A stretch of DNA of 64,000 nt from Oikopleura dioica (Eukaryota > Animalia > Chordata), in NCBI GenBank assembly GCA_907165135.1, contig OU015568.1, positions 11,656,001 to 11,720,000 on the forward strand, written 5' to 3'. The position numbers and the translations under genes were made by a program. Under the pieces are notes generated by a model. The model was not told where the DNA came from. It saw only the letters and a list, made by a program, of their open reading frames with translations, and did not search any database. This document shows, one piece after another, positions 62,411-64,000 of the stretch (position 1 is its first letter; every line of letters starts with the position of its first letter).

Positions 62411-62756
62411 TTTAATTTATGCAGAGTTACTGTAACTCGCTGCTTCATTCTTTCTTTTTTGACATTTCTTTCAAATAACTTATATTTTCCCGACCATTCT
62501 ACTCCATCACTATTCTTAAATATTTTTCAAAAAATAAAATTATCGAAAAAAAATAATTAATGCGATTACGTTAGCTCTAGAATACAATATTTACGAAAAA
62601 TAGGCTTAAGTTTTGAGTTTTACGATTTTGAAGTGAAAAACTATGAAATCGATTCTAGTGAATCTCTAGAACTCCTACTGAGGGCATGCTGTTTTTCAAA
62701 AAGTTGTCAGACTTAGTTTTGACTACTCAAGTCTTTCTCTTCGTTTTTTTCCTGGG

Positions 62757-64000
62757 ATGTCGACTCGGTCAGGCTCGGTAACTTCGGGCCGCTCAAATGG
62801 CAAGTATCGGACGCGCTCCAAGACCTCTGAGGTAAGCTTTAGTTATGATTTACAGGCAAAAATTGGGTTCACAAGGTTGACGAGCTGCTCTTTGGCGGAC
62901 CCAACGGTGGTCGACAGCCACGATCGGCTAACAGGAAGCCCGAAGTTCTCCAGGAAAGGGTTGATGATTTTAAATTTTGATTGCGTCCCCGTTAAATTTA
63001 TAACCTTTCAAAGGTGATCACCAAAGATCTTATCCGCAATGTGATTGTGCCTCAGCCGAAGTCCGACCGATCCATTTTGCTGGAGAAGTCAATGGCTCAG
63101 CATATCGAGGAAAAGTCCTTTGTGAAGTCTAAGGAGGTAATACTTTCTGCTTCAAGCAAATTCTATGATTTTTTCAGACGATCAGGGCCGAAATGGACTT
63201 GGCGCGGAAAGAAAAGAACGATGCGATAACCGCTGCCGCCCAGAGAAAAGAACGATTCAAGGAGATCGACATTCATCGTAAAATGAGCCAGGTAACAAAG
63301 GATTAACTCGCCCAAATATTAATGTGGATTTTAAGGCGTTGAATGAGATCGACCTTGAAGCCAAACGAATCAACGAGCATTTGCTTGAAAATGCTAAGGC
63401 TAAGCGACTCGAGCAAGAGGACGAAATCAAGCATCTCAACGAGCTCATCCTCAATGCCAAGGTAAAAAACAAATCTCTTTGTTGATTCCAATGACGAAAT
63501 TCAGTGCCACGCTATTCGCGATGCGCAAATCTTGGAACGGGACCTTATCCAAAAGGAGGAGATGGAAGATGAGGCTCGTTGTGATCGAATTTCTGAAGTT
63601 CACCGGTTCGTAAACATTTTCTATTCTAGAGATTTACAGTTTTTAGCTTGAACTGCATCCAGGACGCGGAGCAGAAAAAAGCGCTTATGACGGCGAAAAG
63701 AATAGAAGGCGCTCAGCAGATCATGGACCAGATTAGGAGAAATGAGGAAGCTCGCATTTTGGAAGAGGAGCGCAAAAACGCTGAACAAGGTAATTCTTAA
63801 TCTTTTTATACATTTTATATTGGTTGATTTTAGCTGCTCTGAACCGATATATCGCCAAGTTGAAACAAGAAGACTTGGACAAGTTGCGCGAGAAGCGAGA
63901 GTACCAGGCTGGTATTCAGAAGGATATCGACGTCCTCAATCAACAGACACAAATTGTCAAAGAACGCAAGATCCAGGAGGAGAAAGAACTCGAAAAGAAG
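62757..64000 (+). CDS. CFAP45: Cilia- and flagella-associated protein 45 (CCDC19), 5' part; runs off the window
   Basis: VITKDLIRNVIVP and EQEDEIKHLNELILNAK|CHAIRDAQILE match the CFAP45 N-terminal and coiled-coil region. Short GT-AG introns. Confidence 0.85.

Larger units (their letters stand above)
59263..62438. repeat. Inverted (head-to-head) segmental duplication: arms 59263-60502 and 61196-62438, 693-bp spacer
   Basis: The arms are reverse complements over the whole CDS, about 275 bp of 5' flank and about 30 bp of 3' flank. Confidence 0.93.

Overview
Eukaryotic, very gene-dense window. Introns are tiny (about 35-80 nt), and several need non-canonical GA-AG, GC-AG or GG-AG boundaries to keep conserved frames. 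Splice acceptors often sit just before start codons. This pattern is typical of the larvacean tunicate Oikopleura; the organism is an inference, not proven. Recognisable genes: ATRX (-), an EAG/KCNH K+ channel (+), an Ikaros-family zinc-finger gene (-), a CHST-type sulfotransferase (+), TMCO3 (-), a trypsin-like protease (+), an FBXO3-like gene (+), an O-fucosyltransferase-like gene (+) and the 5' part of CFAP45 (+). Also present are a secreted Sushi/EGF-like/LRR gene, two Thr-rich mucin-like genes, a B-box/coiled-coil gene and an inverted pair of near-identical intronless genes encoding an unusual secreted LLPLLL/Met-rich repeat protein. At least five non-autonomous TIR elements occur. The most striking signal is a possible transposon-to-intron continuum. 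An intact hAT MITE sits inside a coding exon and could be removed exactly as a GG-AG intron using its own TSD. A TMCO3 intron is bounded by hAT-like inverted repeats and has an atypical donor. Three single-base homopolymer frameshifts (ATRX, Ikaros-like, FBXO3-like) look like assembly errors. I found no rRNA, tRNA or CRISPR array. Exon boundaries were derived by hand and are approximate unless stated.
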